A stretch of 52,336 nt of DNA from an uncultured Gemmatimonadota bacterium (GCA_964576115.1 CAZNUA010000023.1:1-52336), one strand, 5' to 3'; positions 11,301-23,842 are shown, numbered from the stretch's first letter. Notes: generated by a model not told the origin, from the sequence alone. Program-made: numbers and translations.

Positions 11301-11673
11301 CGAGAAACCTTCTCTGCAGGTCGTTCATCCGCTCGGCCGACTCGCGGGGATCGTACGCCCGCAGGAAAGTGCCGACCCCCCCCAGGGTACTCTCCAGATA
11401 CGGTTTCCACGCCTCCGGTTCGGAGATGATGCACTGCAGCTGGGCCACCTTCTCTTCGAGTGTCATACGGCCCAGCAGATCCTCGACCCGCTGTGTCACG
11501 CTCAGGTCGGGATCCCGGTACGGGAGCGGTTCCTGCGGCTCCTGTTCCGTGGTCGGCAGGCAACCGCGGCCCGGCAATGCGGCGGCGGTCAGGAGCAGCA
11601 GGAAGGGCAGGATCGCTGGCAGAACCCGGGCGGATATCCCCGGGCCGGGCCTTCTCGACTCACGGGCAGGCAT
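8335..11673 (-). CDS. GH3 beta-glucosidase (BglX-like) with PA14 insertion, Fn3-like domain and an extra C-terminal domain
   Basis: MTLEEKVAQL, EALHG, RWGRVEETYGEDP, KHFV, nucleophile motif VSDYGS, PA14 (FSVRWTG...DDGYRLW), YAFGHGLSYTTF, EEVVQLY. Start placed at MPARES. Confidence 0.92.
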   Translation of the reverse strand: MPARESRRPGPGISARVLPAILPFLLLLTAAALPGRGCLPTTEQEPQEPLPYRDPDLSVTQRVEDLLGRMTLEEKVAQLQCIISEPEAWKPYLESTLGGVGTFLRAYDPRESAERMNDLQRRFLEETRLGIPVLMHDEALHGLVGRGGTSFPQAIALASSWDTDLMHRVATAIGLETRSRGIRQVLSPVVNIARDVRWGRVEETYGEDPYLTARMGVAFCRAIEGLGVVTTPKHFVANIGDGGRDSNPVHFSERLLREIYFPAFKACFQEAGARSVMSAYNSWDGTPCTSSRFLLSEVLRDEWGFRGFTVSDYGSVGGIWSLHRTAATLEETAAEALAAGLNVELPNIYVYGEPLLEALRSGLVGEEILDSAVWEVLQVKFELGLFDEPFVDPEEAARVNDCTAHRALALEAARKGIVLLQNSGDLLPLPGDLDVVAVLGPLADRVRLGGYSGSGMETVSVLRGIRELLGDGVEIRYAEGADLERLGHPAIPPEAFFTGETPADVSGLRAEFFNNMSLEGPPVLRRDDAQIDFDWEGGSPHSNVNADRFSVRWTGIIVPDRSGPVELSITTDDGYRLWLDDRLVAEHWSDRAPTTDFVTVTFEAGRACRLKLEYYENGGGAVAILGWETAEAGSEKLRRALAAVQGAEAAVIVAGVSEGEGRDRARLDLPPEQVELIEAVTATGVPTVVVLMTGSAVTMPGWGDMVPAVMQAWYAGEEGGRAVAEVLFGVTNPSGRLPLTWPRSVAQVPLYYNYKPTGRGYGYVDMPGTPRYAFGHGLSYTTFAYSELDITPERIGPDGEAMVTLKVTNTGPCAGEEVVQLYLHDVIGSVSRPVAELKGFRRVRLEPGEEEWVGFPITPDRLAFPGPDLEWIVEPGLIEVMVGASSQDIRLQGTFEIADSWGRVPAEPAEPIDPSMQGPIRVEYTGQADLTGDGTPEQVVASAEGPEWDALRVRLEIRSQDGSVLYADEWMSGDWCGGYGFYETREVTVEEWVCRRLERLVDPEAFRPGGERAGRFGYGGREGLRSGVREALIEEAWRDHTGAPIDDHVWHHEDHRTIRSTYSDQVSEAEVDALLQKVGDGPDFIYNPHWDALYGLAWCKEYGRFLRILFIG

Positions 11674-11759
11674 AGGTACTCTCCCGGCGCAGGTGTGTCT
11701 GGGTATATGGGGTGATTGTAAGGCGTTCGGCGGGTATCGGGCAATCGACCCGGCTTTTT

Positions 11760-13568
11760 TCACCTGCTCGGAGGGTGCAGAAGCACGGAGTTTGTCGTCC
11801 GGGCTATCCAGATCAGGGCGTCATATTCCTGACAGAGAACAACGGGGTAGAACGGATTATCGATTGCTGCTGATCCGATAGAACGGAAGAGCCGCCGGGA
11901 GTGTAACCAACCCGAGGTAGTGGAACTGGCCTCGATGATATGAAGATCCAAGATGAACCGAGGCAACCCGGTTCGCTGAAAAACCAGTTCGACACTCCCC
12001 GATGCCGGAGGTCCAGCCGTATAGGTGGCCAGTCCATTCGGTCCCACCGCCGTATAGTCACCGGTCTCGAAACAAAATCCCATCGAGTAATAATCCTCAT
12101 CATGCCTCTGGGCCAAGTAGCCTCCCATGGACGGCAACTGTTCGTGTATGTGCCCATTGTGAGCCCATAGGACAATCCTGGTACCGGGCGGGTGGTGAGC
12201 CAGTATCCAGTCTACATTATCGGCCATGCTCCGATCGCGATGCCGGGGCTCAGCACTCTGCCGGATGACTTGCGCCTTTTGAATGCCCCAATTCACATCC
12301 TTGCTATCGTGCTGGCGGCAATACCGTTCGCGATTCTCTTCCAGATGGGCCAGGACATCTTCTGTCAGCCTGATGTACCGCTCTTCGTCCTCGTCTGAGA
12401 GAACGCGTTGCCCTCTTTGCAGTGTATTCCGGTAGATCTCGGCCACTTCTCCATATTTCTCTTCGGCTGTGACCGCGTAATCGGGATCAACTTTAGTGAG
12501 AAACTGGTTCACTTCCGTTATGGTCACTAGCGGGGCCTGCATGTCGAAACCCCAGAATTCCATCCTCCCTCTGCCAGAGGCATTGAATTCTCTCATCCAT
12601 TCGATCATGTCGAGTACTTCCCGGGTATTCCAGGTCCAGAAGTAGATATCATCCAGACCCTTGCGCGGATCGCCCGTTCCGGTCAGGACATACCGATTCA
12701 GAGCTTCACATTCAGGCATGTTCGCTTCGATGGCAAAGACAGTGAAACCCATTTCTTCCGCCAGAAACTCCACCAGGCGGTGTTTCATGCGGAAGAACTC
12801 ACTGGTGCCATGAGTACCCTCACCCAAAGCAACGATGCCGGCATCTCCGATTATTTCCTCGAGAGGTTCCAGATCGGTAAAGCCGCTTCCGGCATCGGGG
12901 GTCACGAACGGGATGGCGTTATCCCGCACCCAGGCGATCTGTTCGACTGTCGGATCATCGAATTCGGCCCGTATCAATTCCTCCAGTGACACCCCATTGA
13001 CCGAAATACCCAGACTATCGAACCAGGCCGTGCCATCGCCTTCGAGATAACAGCCGAGGACCGCATATCCCGCCTCAGACGGGACGTCGAGTTCGACCGC
13101 ATAGTGATTCCAGTCCGTGGTACCCCGTGGGGCTCGCACCGGCATATCGTCGAAAGCAATTTGCTGACTGTCATTATCATCCACACGAAACCAGAGCCCG
13201 GCGAATCTCGATCTCACGTTATTAGTCCGGATATAACCGCTGAACCGCACCTTCGTGTCAGCCACGAGATTGATCGGAAGTTGAAGGAAGGTGGCACTGT
13301 GACCACCTGTGTCGATCCGGGCAATCCTCAGGCTGCGTCGTCCGGAATAGAACACATCCTCATCCAGGGCGACGTTGTTGTTCGACTGGATCAGACGCCA
13401 GACACGCGGCAGAGGCGGCTGCCCACCCCACGATTCTTCGAAATCGAGATTGAGTGAGGTCTGTGCTGAAAGTCGTGACGGGATCATAGTCAGCACGCAG
13501 AACAGGATCAGAACTCGGTTCGTACTATTCTGGAAAGCATGTCGGGTTCGGGTTCGCAGAATCATCAA
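11760..13568 (-). CDS. Erythromycin esterase (EreA/EreB-like) family protein with an N-terminal beta-sandwich domain
   Basis: ALGEGTHGTSEFF, FAIEAN, WGFDMQ, RDRSMADN, LWAHNGH motifs and a signal peptide. Confidence 0.88.
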   Translation of the reverse strand: MMILRTRTRHAFQNSTNRVLILFCVLTMIPSRLSAQTSLNLDFEESWGGQPPLPRVWRLIQSNNNVALDEDVFYSGRRSLRIARIDTGGHSATFLQLPINLVADTKVRFSGYIRTNNVRSRFAGLWFRVDDNDSQQIAFDDMPVRAPRGTTDWNHYAVELDVPSEAGYAVLGCYLEGDGTAWFDSLGISVNGVSLEELIRAEFDDPTVEQIAWVRDNAIPFVTPDAGSGFTDLEPLEEIIGDAGIVALGEGTHGTSEFFRMKHRLVEFLAEEMGFTVFAIEANMPECEALNRYVLTGTGDPRKGLDDIYFWTWNTREVLDMIEWMREFNASGRGRMEFWGFDMQAPLVTITEVNQFLTKVDPDYAVTAEEKYGEVAEIYRNTLQRGQRVLSDEDEERYIRLTEDVLAHLEENRERYCRQHDSKDVNWGIQKAQVIRQSAEPRHRDRSMADNVDWILAHHPPGTRIVLWAHNGHIHEQLPSMGGYLAQRHDEDYYSMGFCFETGDYTAVGPNGLATYTAGPPASGSVELVFQRTGLPRFILDLHIIEASSTTSGWLHSRRLFRSIGSAAIDNPFYPVVLCQEYDALIWIARTTNSVLLHPPSR

Positions 13569-13684
13569 TTCACTCCCATGAGCAGATTCAACCAGGTTTC
13601 CTCTGGAACGAACAGGCCGAACTCTCCGTTCAAGTTGAACTCATCTCGAGAGAAAAACTGATGCCGGCATGAAACATTCTGCTC

Positions 13685-13701
13685 CTCTATAACATATAGA
13701 G
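13685..13701. promoter_or_regulatory. Candidate PadR operator (inverted repeat CTCTAT-aacat-ATAGAG)
   Basis: Palindrome in the AT-rich divergent intergenic region about 90 nt upstream of padR. Confidence 0.45.
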
Positions 13702-13792
13702 ATAATACAGAGAGATAACCGCGGGAGGAATCCGGAAGAGGCAAGGAGCTCAGGAGAGGTCCGGAGCTGCCGCACGATCAGGGAGGCACATC

Positions 13793-14137
13793 GTGGCCGG
13801 GAAGAGACCCGAACTCCTGAAAGGCACCCTCGACCTTCTGGTGCTCAAGGCCCTCGATCTGGAATCGATGCACGGCTGGGGACTGACGATCCGGATCGAG
13901 CAGATGTCCGGCGGGGTTTTCCTGATCCACCAGGGAGCGCTTTTCCCCGCCCTGCAGCGCCTCAAACGCAAGGGGCTGATCCGGTCGGAGTGGCGCACGA
14001 CCGAGAACAACCGCAAGGCCAATTACTACCTGCTCACCACCGCCGGTCGCCGTCACCTGGCCGAGAAGATCGCGGAGTGGGAACTCATCTCCGGTACCAT
14101 GAACGAGGTCCTGAAACTGCAGCCGCAGGAGGGATGA
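13793..14137 (+). CDS. PadR-family transcriptional regulator (Acidobacteria-type)
   Basis: LLKGTLDLLVLKAL...MHGWG...QGALFPALQRL...TENNRKANYY. Confidence 0.93.
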   Translation: MAGKRPELLKGTLDLLVLKALDLESMHGWGLTIRIEQMSGGVFLIHQGALFPALQRLKRKGLIRSEWRTTENNRKANYYLLTTAGRRHLAEKIAEWELISGTMNEVLKLQPQEG

Positions 14138-14141
14138 GGCG

Positions 14142-16796
14142 ATGGCCTGGTTCTGGAAGCTGCGCGAAACGATGCAGGGTCTTTTCTCCCGGCGGCGCCT
14201 GGACCGCGAGATGGACGAGGAGATGCAGTTCTATCTCGATCAGCTCACCGCGCGGTACATCGAGCGCGGCCTCGATCCCGACGAGGCCAGGCTCGCTGCC
14301 CGGCGCGAGTTCGGCACCGCCGACCACTGGCAGGAAAGCGTGCGGCGGGAACGGGGCGGGCACCGCCTGATGGGTTTCCTGCGCGATCTGCGTCACTCCG
14401 GCCGCTCCCTGCGGCGCGACCCCGGCTTCTCGCTGGTGGTCATCATCACTCTCGCCCTCGGGATCGGCCTGAACACGGCCGTCTTCGGGGTTCTCAAGGC
14501 AGTCTATCTCGATCCCCTGCCCCTGCCCGAACCCGACCGGGTCGTCTTCCTCAACGAGACCTCACCCGAACAGGGGGCCGGCCCTGTCGCCTATGCCAAC
14601 TACCTCGACTGGCGGCAGCGCTGTACGACCTGCGCTGCCATGGGCGCGATACACGATTCCCACCTGAACATCACTGACGGGGATGAGCCGGTACGGGTGC
14701 GCATAGCCCGCCTGACCGAAACCATGACCGCCGTACTCGGAATCGTGCCGGCCCGGGGCCGCATGTTCGGCCCCGGAGATGAAGAGAGCGGCGGAATGGT
14801 TCTGCTCAGCTACCGGCTCTGGAGAGGACGGTATGGGGCCGATCCCGATCTGGTCGGCGGCAGCATCGAGGTGGATGGCGAGCCGCACACCGTCGTCGGC
14901 ATCATGCCGGCTGGTTTCATTCTTCCTTCGACCCGGGCTGAAACCCAGCCTTTCGATCTCTTCCTGCCGATGCCGGCCTCCTCCCGCATGGATCCGCGAC
15001 GGGTACACTCCTATCAGGTCATGGCCCGGCTGGCGGAGGGAGAAACCCTCGCCTCGGCGAGGGCTGAGATGTCAGCCATCGCCGGGCAGCTGGCTGCAGA
15101 GCACCCCGAGAGCAATGAGGGCCGGGGCATCGCCATCGAGGGCGTGCACCAGGCTCTCTACGGCGAAGCCGGCCGCCAGATCCTGCTCGTGCTCGGTGCC
15201 GCCGTTCTCGTGCTGGTGATCGCCTGCGCCAATATCGCCGCCCTGCAGCTGGCCCGGACCCTGCGACAGAACCGGGAATACGCCGTGCGGTCCACTCTGG
15301 GAGCCGACCGGGGCCGCCTCGTTGGCCAGCTCCTGGGAGAGAGCGCCCTGCTGGCGGTGTCAGGCGGCGCCATTGCCTGGCTGACGGCGTTATGGAGCAC
15401 CGCCGTGCTGCGCAGCCTGATCCCGCCCGAAATACCACGCAGCTCAGATGTCAGACTCGACGCTTCCCTCTTTCTCTTCTCGCTGGCCGTGGCTCTTCTC
15501 TCGGGCCTGCTCTTCGGCCTGGGTCCGGCCCTGTCGGCGGCGCGGACCGACCCGGCTCAGGTTCTGCGCCATGGTCGGACCGGGACGGCCGGCGGAGCGA
15601 GCCGGCTGTGGTCGCGGCGTGCTCTGGTGGCGGGTCAGTTCGCCCTGAGCCTGTTGCTGGTCAACAGCGCTCTCCTCCTGATTCAAAGTCACGCCGCCCT
15701 GCGTCGGACCGACCCGGGCTTCGGGAACCGGTCAGTCGTGACGATGGCCGTGAATCTCAGAGGCCAGAACTACCTCGATCTCGATTCCCGGGCATATTTC
15801 TACCGCGACCTGCTCCCCCGGCTCGCCGACCTGCCCGGCGTCCAATCCGCCGGAGCGGCTCTGGCGCTGCCGCTTGAGTTCGAAAGTCAGCTCACACCGG
15901 TGTACCGCGAACGGACCGATGCGGCCGGTTCCGCTCCGGAGGAATGTCTGGCCAATCTGAACCTGGTCACCGGCGACTACCACGACGCCATAGGGATCCC
16001 GATCCTCAGGGGACGTGCCCTGACCACAGAGGACATGCTCGCTTCCCGGCTCACGAACGTAACCGGTGTACTGGTCAACCAGACCCTGGCCGACCAGTTC
16101 TGGCCAGGCGATGATCCGCTCGGCAAACGAATCAGCATCTATGCCGGTGGTGAACGATGGATGGAGGTCGTCGGCGTCATCGCCGACACCCGTCAGCGGG
16201 ACCTCGCCGCCGCCAGCGAACCCGAGTTCGTCGCGCCCTACTCCCTGCTCTTTCTCCGGCGGATGTTCCTCACCGTTCAGACCGACCGGCCGGTCGAAGC
16301 CATTCTGCCGGCCATTCGGGCTGAGATCGCCCGAATCGATCCGACCCTGCCGGTTTCAGATGTGCGGACCATGGAGCAGATTCTGACCTCACAGTTCACC
16401 GGCCGGGGATTCTATACCCTGCTCGTCGGTCTCTTCGCCGCCCTGGCCCTGATCATGGCCGCGATCGGCATCTACGGAATCATCGCCTACTCTGTTGCTC
16501 AGCAGACCCACGAGATCGGTATCCGCCTCGCCCTGGGAGCCCGGAAGAACACCGTCCTGATGGATGTCATGCGTCAAATGGGACGGATTGCGGCCTGGGG
16601 GCTGACGATCGGCCTGGTCGGAATCATCGTCGTGACCCGGATCCTGAGCGGTTTCCTGTACGAGATCCGTGGCCTCGACCTGCCGACACTCTTCGGGGCC
16701 ATCCTCTTCCTGGCCCTGGTGGGAGCGGCTGCAGCCTGGCTGCCCGCCCGCCGTGCCACCCGGATCTCTCCCCTGGTGGCGCTCAGACAGGAGTGA
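14142..16796 (+). CDS. ADOP-type duplicated MacB/FtsX ABC permease
   Basis: LDREMDEEMQFYL N-terminal prefix, TLALGIGLNTAVF, IACANIA, HEIGIRLALGA, WLPARRATRISPLVALR. Confidence 0.93.
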   Translation: MAWFWKLRETMQGLFSRRRLDREMDEEMQFYLDQLTARYIERGLDPDEARLAARREFGTADHWQESVRRERGGHRLMGFLRDLRHSGRSLRRDPGFSLVVIITLALGIGLNTAVFGVLKAVYLDPLPLPEPDRVVFLNETSPEQGAGPVAYANYLDWRQRCTTCAAMGAIHDSHLNITDGDEPVRVRIARLTETMTAVLGIVPARGRMFGPGDEESGGMVLLSYRLWRGRYGADPDLVGGSIEVDGEPHTVVGIMPAGFILPSTRAETQPFDLFLPMPASSRMDPRRVHSYQVMARLAEGETLASARAEMSAIAGQLAAEHPESNEGRGIAIEGVHQALYGEAGRQILLVLGAAVLVLVIACANIAALQLARTLRQNREYAVRSTLGADRGRLVGQLLGESALLAVSGGAIAWLTALWSTAVLRSLIPPEIPRSSDVRLDASLFLFSLAVALLSGLLFGLGPALSAARTDPAQVLRHGRTGTAGGASRLWSRRALVAGQFALSLLLVNSALLLIQSHAALRRTDPGFGNRSVVTMAVNLRGQNYLDLDSRAYFYRDLLPRLADLPGVQSAGAALALPLEFESQLTPVYRERTDAAGSAPEECLANLNLVTGDYHDAIGIPILRGRALTTEDMLASRLTNVTGVLVNQTLADQFWPGDDPLGKRISIYAGGERWMEVVGVIADTRQRDLAAASEPEFVAPYSLLFLRRMFLTVQTDRPVEAILPAIRAEIARIDPTLPVSDVRTMEQILTSQFTGRGFYTLLVGLFAALALIMAAIGIYGIIAYSVAQQTHEIGIRLALGARKNTVLMDVMRQMGRIAAWGLTIGLVGIIVVTRILSGFLYEIRGLDLPTLFGAILFLALVGAAAAWLPARRATRISPLVALRQE

Positions 16797-16930
16797 ACGC
16801 ACCGGCCATCGCCGACATCATGGCGCAGAAAACCATCCGGGCCGACTGTCACCTGTGCGGAGAGTGCCTGGAGGTCTGCCCCGAGAACAGCCTCAGCTTC
16901 GGGCTCAGGCGACCGCGCCGGGATGCCTGA
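16793..16930 (+). pseudogene. Single 4Fe-4S motif ORF or remnant of a 4Fe-4S binding protein C-terminus
   Basis: (GTG 16793)NAPAIADI-M(16820)AQKTIRADCHLCGECLEVCPENSLSFGLRRPRRDA*. Contains CxxCxxCxxxCP. Below the ORF-track length cutoff. Confidence 0.6.
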
Positions 16931-17011
16931 GCCCGCCGCTACGACTGACATACGGCGCCATCGGCCGGGTGCCTGGGCAGGCGGCACCCGACGGCGTATT
17001 CCAGCCCGCTC

Positions 17012-17422
17012 CTACAGAGGGGACTGTGGCGTGTCCCGCTGCTCGGATAGGGTTTCCCGGATCATGCGCACCAGGGTCTGCGGCTGCACTCCCTTGTCGA
17101 GGAAGATGTCGATCGGCAGGTAGTGCTCGTCGGGTGCGAAGTGATAGGGGATGTTCTTGGTGGCACGCACACCGGAAAGGATGATGATCGGCAGCGCTGT
17201 CAGTTTCAGTTCCTCCCGGATTGTCCGGGCGACCTCGAAACCCTCGTAGTCGGTCTCCATCATGACATCCAGCACGATCAGATCGGGCTCGGAGTCGCGG
17301 ACTTTCTGCAGACCCTCGGCGGCCGTGCCAGCGCTTTCGACCTCGAAACCCTCGTCCTCGAGCAGAATGCGGGCGCCGTCCACGAAATCGGGATCGTCGT
17401 CGATCAACAGGATTGTACTCAT
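17012..17422 (-). CDS. Stand-alone response regulator receiver protein
   Basis: ILLIDDD, PDLIVLDVMM, GFEV, LPIIILSG, FLDK. Confidence 0.93.
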   Translation of the reverse strand: MSTILLIDDDPDFVDGARILLEDEGFEVESAGTAAEGLQKVRDSEPDLIVLDVMMETDYEGFEVARTIREELKLTALPIIILSGVRATKNIPYHFAPDEHYLPIDIFLDKGVQPQTLVRMIRETLSEQRDTPQSPL

Positions 17423-17444
17423 CAGAGGCTCCTTGTCCCTCGGA

Positions 17445-18791
17445 CTATGAACGACTCCGCATCTGGCCGATGGCGATCTCGGCCGCGTTGACCAGCGGGT
17501 AGGCGACCGGCGAGGCCGTCAGGGCCGGATGAGTCCCGGTCTGGAACATGGCCACCTCTTCGGCCGTCATCCGCTGCTGGACGCAGGCGGCCACACTGTT
17601 GATCAGACCGCCGACGTTGTCGCCTCCCCGGATCTGTCCGCCGAGCAGAACGCCGGTTTTGGCTTCGAAGACGAGCTTCATTTTGGTCGAGGAAGCACCG
17701 GGCATGATCCCCGGGTGACGGTTCGGTCCCTCCACGCTCCCGACGGCCACTTCGTAGCCGTTGTCCAGGGCCATCTTTTCGGTCAGACCGGCGGTGCCCA
17801 GAGCGAAGCCGCCAACGGCGGTGGACCAGACGCCGACCGTGCCCGGATTGTCCCGCGTCACCCCGAACAGGTTCGCGCCCGCTACCCGTGCTTCGGTCGA
17901 CGCGATCGAGGCCAGCTTGAGAGGCGAGATCCGACCCCCGAAGAAGGACAGTTTCTCGGCACAGTCCCCGCAGGCGAAGATGTTGTCATCGGAGGTACGC
18001 ATGGTGCTGTCGACCGCGATGCTGCCGGTCAAGCCCAGCCGGAGACCCGCCTTCTGGGCCAGTTCGACATTGGCGACAGCCCCGATGCCGAGCACGACCA
18101 TGTCGGCCGGGAGCGTCGAGCCGTCCGAAATCCGGACCCCCTCGACCCGGCCCGAGCCGACGATTTCCTCCACCCGGGTGTCGATGCGTACGTCGATCCC
18201 CCGCTCGCGCAGCACTTCTTCGGCCTCGACACAGAACTCTTCATCATAAGCCAGACTCAGGCAGTGGGGCAGGATCTCGACGATGGTAACCGTTTTGCCC
18301 CCGGTCTTGAGGATCTCGTCGGCGAATTCGATGCCGATGAACCCTCCCCCGATGATGACGACTTCCGACACCTCGGTGAGCCGCTGTTGGAAGTCGCGCA
18401 TGTAGTCGACATCCTTCTGAACGGCGTACACCCCCTCCAGATCGAAACCCGGTATCGGCGGTACGGCCGGCAGGCTGCCCGTAGCCAGGATGAGCTTGTC
18501 GTAGGCAATCTCCTCACCACCCGCAGTGACGGTCTTGCCTTCACAGTCAATCCCGGTCACTTCGGCGACGATGAGATCGATGTTGTTTTTCTCCAACGGT
18601 GTGTCCGGCATCAGATTCTTCTCCGGACTGCCCACGGTACCGATGATGTAGGGTATGCCGCAGGGTATCAGGACCTGCTCTTCCTTGCGGATGAGGAGAA
18701 TACTCTTGTCCGGGTAATGTCTGCGGGTCGTGACTGCCGCCGTCAGGCCGGCGGCACTGCCCCCGATAATCACAACGTCTGCCGCTTTCAT
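17445..18791 (-). CDS. FAD-dependent CoA-disulfide reductase / NADH oxidase family protein
   Basis: IIGGSAAG, redox Cys in PCGIPY, LATGS, GGGFIGIE, FACGDC, C-terminal dimerisation domain. Start MKAADVV. Confidence 0.9.
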   Translation of the reverse strand: MKAADVVIIGGSAAGLTAAVTTRRHYPDKSILLIRKEEQVLIPCGIPYIIGTVGSPEKNLMPDTPLEKNNIDLIVAEVTGIDCEGKTVTAGGEEIAYDKLILATGSLPAVPPIPGFDLEGVYAVQKDVDYMRDFQQRLTEVSEVVIIGGGFIGIEFADEILKTGGKTVTIVEILPHCLSLAYDEEFCVEAEEVLRERGIDVRIDTRVEEIVGSGRVEGVRISDGSTLPADMVVLGIGAVANVELAQKAGLRLGLTGSIAVDSTMRTSDDNIFACGDCAEKLSFFGGRISPLKLASIASTEARVAGANLFGVTRDNPGTVGVWSTAVGGFALGTAGLTEKMALDNGYEVAVGSVEGPNRHPGIMPGASSTKMKLVFEAKTGVLLGGQIRGGDNVGGLINSVAACVQQRMTAEEVAMFQTGTHPALTASPVAYPLVNAAEIAIGQMRSRS

Positions 18792-19041
18792 GTTCCACTC
18801 CTGTTCCTGCCCGCGGCTCTCCTCCTCGCCTGACACCGAGCCCGGGACCTGCGTACGTTTTGTCAATTTTCGGATAGTGACACTTCACGGTGGGCACGTA
18901 TCCCCGGCCGGCCCGGCAGCCGAGGTCGGGGGAGGCAGACACTGCTGACATCACGATAGGCATGGCGGGCGGGAATACAACCCCGTTCTCAAAATAAAAC
19001 CGCCCCCACGATTCCTGCTGTCACCCGAACTCTCAAACCGA

Positions 19042-19065
19042 TCCGGGCCGCGATCGGCCCGGAGC
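19042..19065. terminator. GC hairpin just after the stop of the DUF6599 gene
   Basis: TCCGGGCCG-cgat-CGGCCCGGA, with only a weak U-tract. Confidence 0.35.
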
Positions 19066-19067
19066 CC

Positions 19068-19994
19068 TCAGAGCGGCAGATCGGCCGCGATCGCCTCCAA
19101 CAGAGTGTCGGCATCGCTCCGGTCGGCCAGACCCAGAGTACCGATCACGAAGCGGCCCACCGCCCGGGCCGATACCGGTCCGTAGTAGGTTGTGTCGGTA
19201 TCGATCCGATCGACCGCAACCTCGGCGTCGGCCGCGAGCTGTCCCTGCCTCTCGAGGCTTTCGCGGAAGGTGGCCAGGGCTGTTTCAGCCGCCTCGGTCG
19301 AAACCTGCTCGACCACGAACGCCCGGCCCTCCCCCCCCGGCATCGCGTACCGGGCTTCGAGGGCGCCCTCGAAAACCTCCTGCCCCAGAAAGCCGGTGGC
19401 GACATAGCGCAGGGAGCGGGGCACCCGGCCCTCGGCCGGCAGCCAGGCGAACTGCTCGGGCAGTGCTGTGGGGAGGATCGCATCGGCCACGGCGCGCGCC
19501 CCGGCGTGCATGGCTTCTGTGAGAACGCTCTCGGCGTCCCCGGCATTGACCTGGACGTAGAAGCGCCCCTTCCAGAAACGGAGGTTCAGCTCCGAGACGA
19601 TCGCCTCGGCACCGATGGCGTCGAACTCGAGTTCGGGGCGCCGGAAGCTGGAGTAGATCCCGAAGGCATTCAGAGGAGTGCCCATGTCGTAGACATCGAA
19701 GGTCACCGAAGCCAGGATGTCATCGCCCAGAATCTGGACCCCGGTGGCCATCTCTATGAAGTCATAGGCGATATAGATCTCGGCTTCGCCGTTGATGTAC
19801 TCGAACAGGGTTTCCGGGGTGTAGATCTCGGGCTCCAGATCCCAGCTCCAGCCTGCTCCCGCATCGGGGACCGGCATCAGGGCCAGGGGGTGCTGTTCGA
19901 CCCGGGTATGCGAGCAGGCGCCGAGAATCAGCAGAGCAGCCGACAGCCAGACGACGGCCGCAGGGCAGCGGGCCGCAGGTGAACGCAACGACAT
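19068..19994 (-). CDS. DUF6599-like lipoprotein
   Basis: ILGAC lipobox, LFEYINGEAEIY, DVYDMGTPLNAFGIYS, FWKGRFYV. Confidence 0.75.
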   Translation of the reverse strand: MSLRSPAARCPAAVVWLSAALLILGACSHTRVEQHPLALMPVPDAGAGWSWDLEPEIYTPETLFEYINGEAEIYIAYDFIEMATGVQILGDDILASVTFDVYDMGTPLNAFGIYSSFRRPELEFDAIGAEAIVSELNLRFWKGRFYVQVNAGDAESVLTEAMHAGARAVADAILPTALPEQFAWLPAEGRVPRSLRYVATGFLGQEVFEGALEARYAMPGGEGRAFVVEQVSTEAAETALATFRESLERQGQLAADAEVAVDRIDTDTTYYGPVSARAVGRFVIGTLGLADRSDADTLLEAIAADLPL

Positions 19995-20015
19995 GGGATC
20001 CCTCCCGGAATCAGG

Positions 20016-20815
20016 TCACGGCTGCGAACCGTCGGCACGCGTAATCCCGATTTCGCGGGCGATCCGGGCGTACGGTTCGGCCAGTTCGTACTCGGGCAGA
20101 CGGATCTTGTCGAAGGGCAGGCGGCGTTCGTGCCGGTCGAGATGTTCGAGACCTTCCAGCAGGTCGGCGGCCCGTGTTGCGGGCAGGCTGAAGATCATCT
20201 CGTCGTCCCCGGCTGCTGCCACCCCACGGTCTCCCATGCAGGGTGCGCTCACCCACCACGAGCCCTCCTCGAGCGGGGGCACAACGGCGTACACGCAGGC
20301 GGCGTGCCCGCCGATCCGGTTCGGCACATCGCGGCCGTCGACATACGCGGCGGCCAGGAGCAGGTGCGTGAGCCGGGCTCCGTCGGCATAGATCACGATC
20401 ACATCGGGTTCGAAGGGCGCCGTTTCGAGCGGGGCCGAAACGATCCCCACATAGCTGCCGGCGTCGAATCGGGGGAATTCGCGGCTCGCCCACTGCTGGC
20501 CCGCCTCGAGGGTGGCCACATCTTTCGGCCAGCGGTTGTGGCCCCCCAGAAAGTAGGCCGGCGCCTCGACCATACCGTACCCGATCGCCGGTTCGGGGCA
20601 CCACATGTCCTCGAGCAGCTGGGCCACGACCTTGCCCTGCCGGCGCGAGGCGGCGAAGCAGACACAGGTGTTCAGGGTCGTCCCCAGATCCCGGCGGGGC
20701 CTTTCGGCCCCGTCGGGTATCTCGTCCTCATTCCGCAGCAGGCGGATCGCCAGCGGGTGGGTGGACAGACGCAGCTGATCGGCAAGCCGGCGGGCCAGTT
20801 CGACATACACGCCCA

Positions 20816-20816
<1 letters not shown>
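20016..20816 (-). CDS. DUF169 family protein
   Basis: Start MGVYVELA overlaps the M14 gene stop. Motifs CVCF, WCPEP, PDVIVIY, HAACVY, PCMGDR. Confidence 0.8.
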
Positions 20817-23731
<2,915 letters not shown>

Positions 23732-23842
23732 GGGATCATCTCCTTCAGGTACAGGCCGATAGCTGACGGGAACAGATTAGTCTATCTACGGGCAGGAGGA
23801 AAGTGAGTGAGACAGATATCCAGCGCTAAACCGGCGGCGTTA

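Noticed and set aside
9202-11715. 837-aa plus-strand ORF
   Set aside because: Antisense shadow of the GH3 gene.
18858-18890. Rex-like operator upstream of the NADH oxidase gene (GTGA-cact-TCAC)
   Set aside because: Spacing and flanks do not fit TTGTGAA-N4-TTCACAA.
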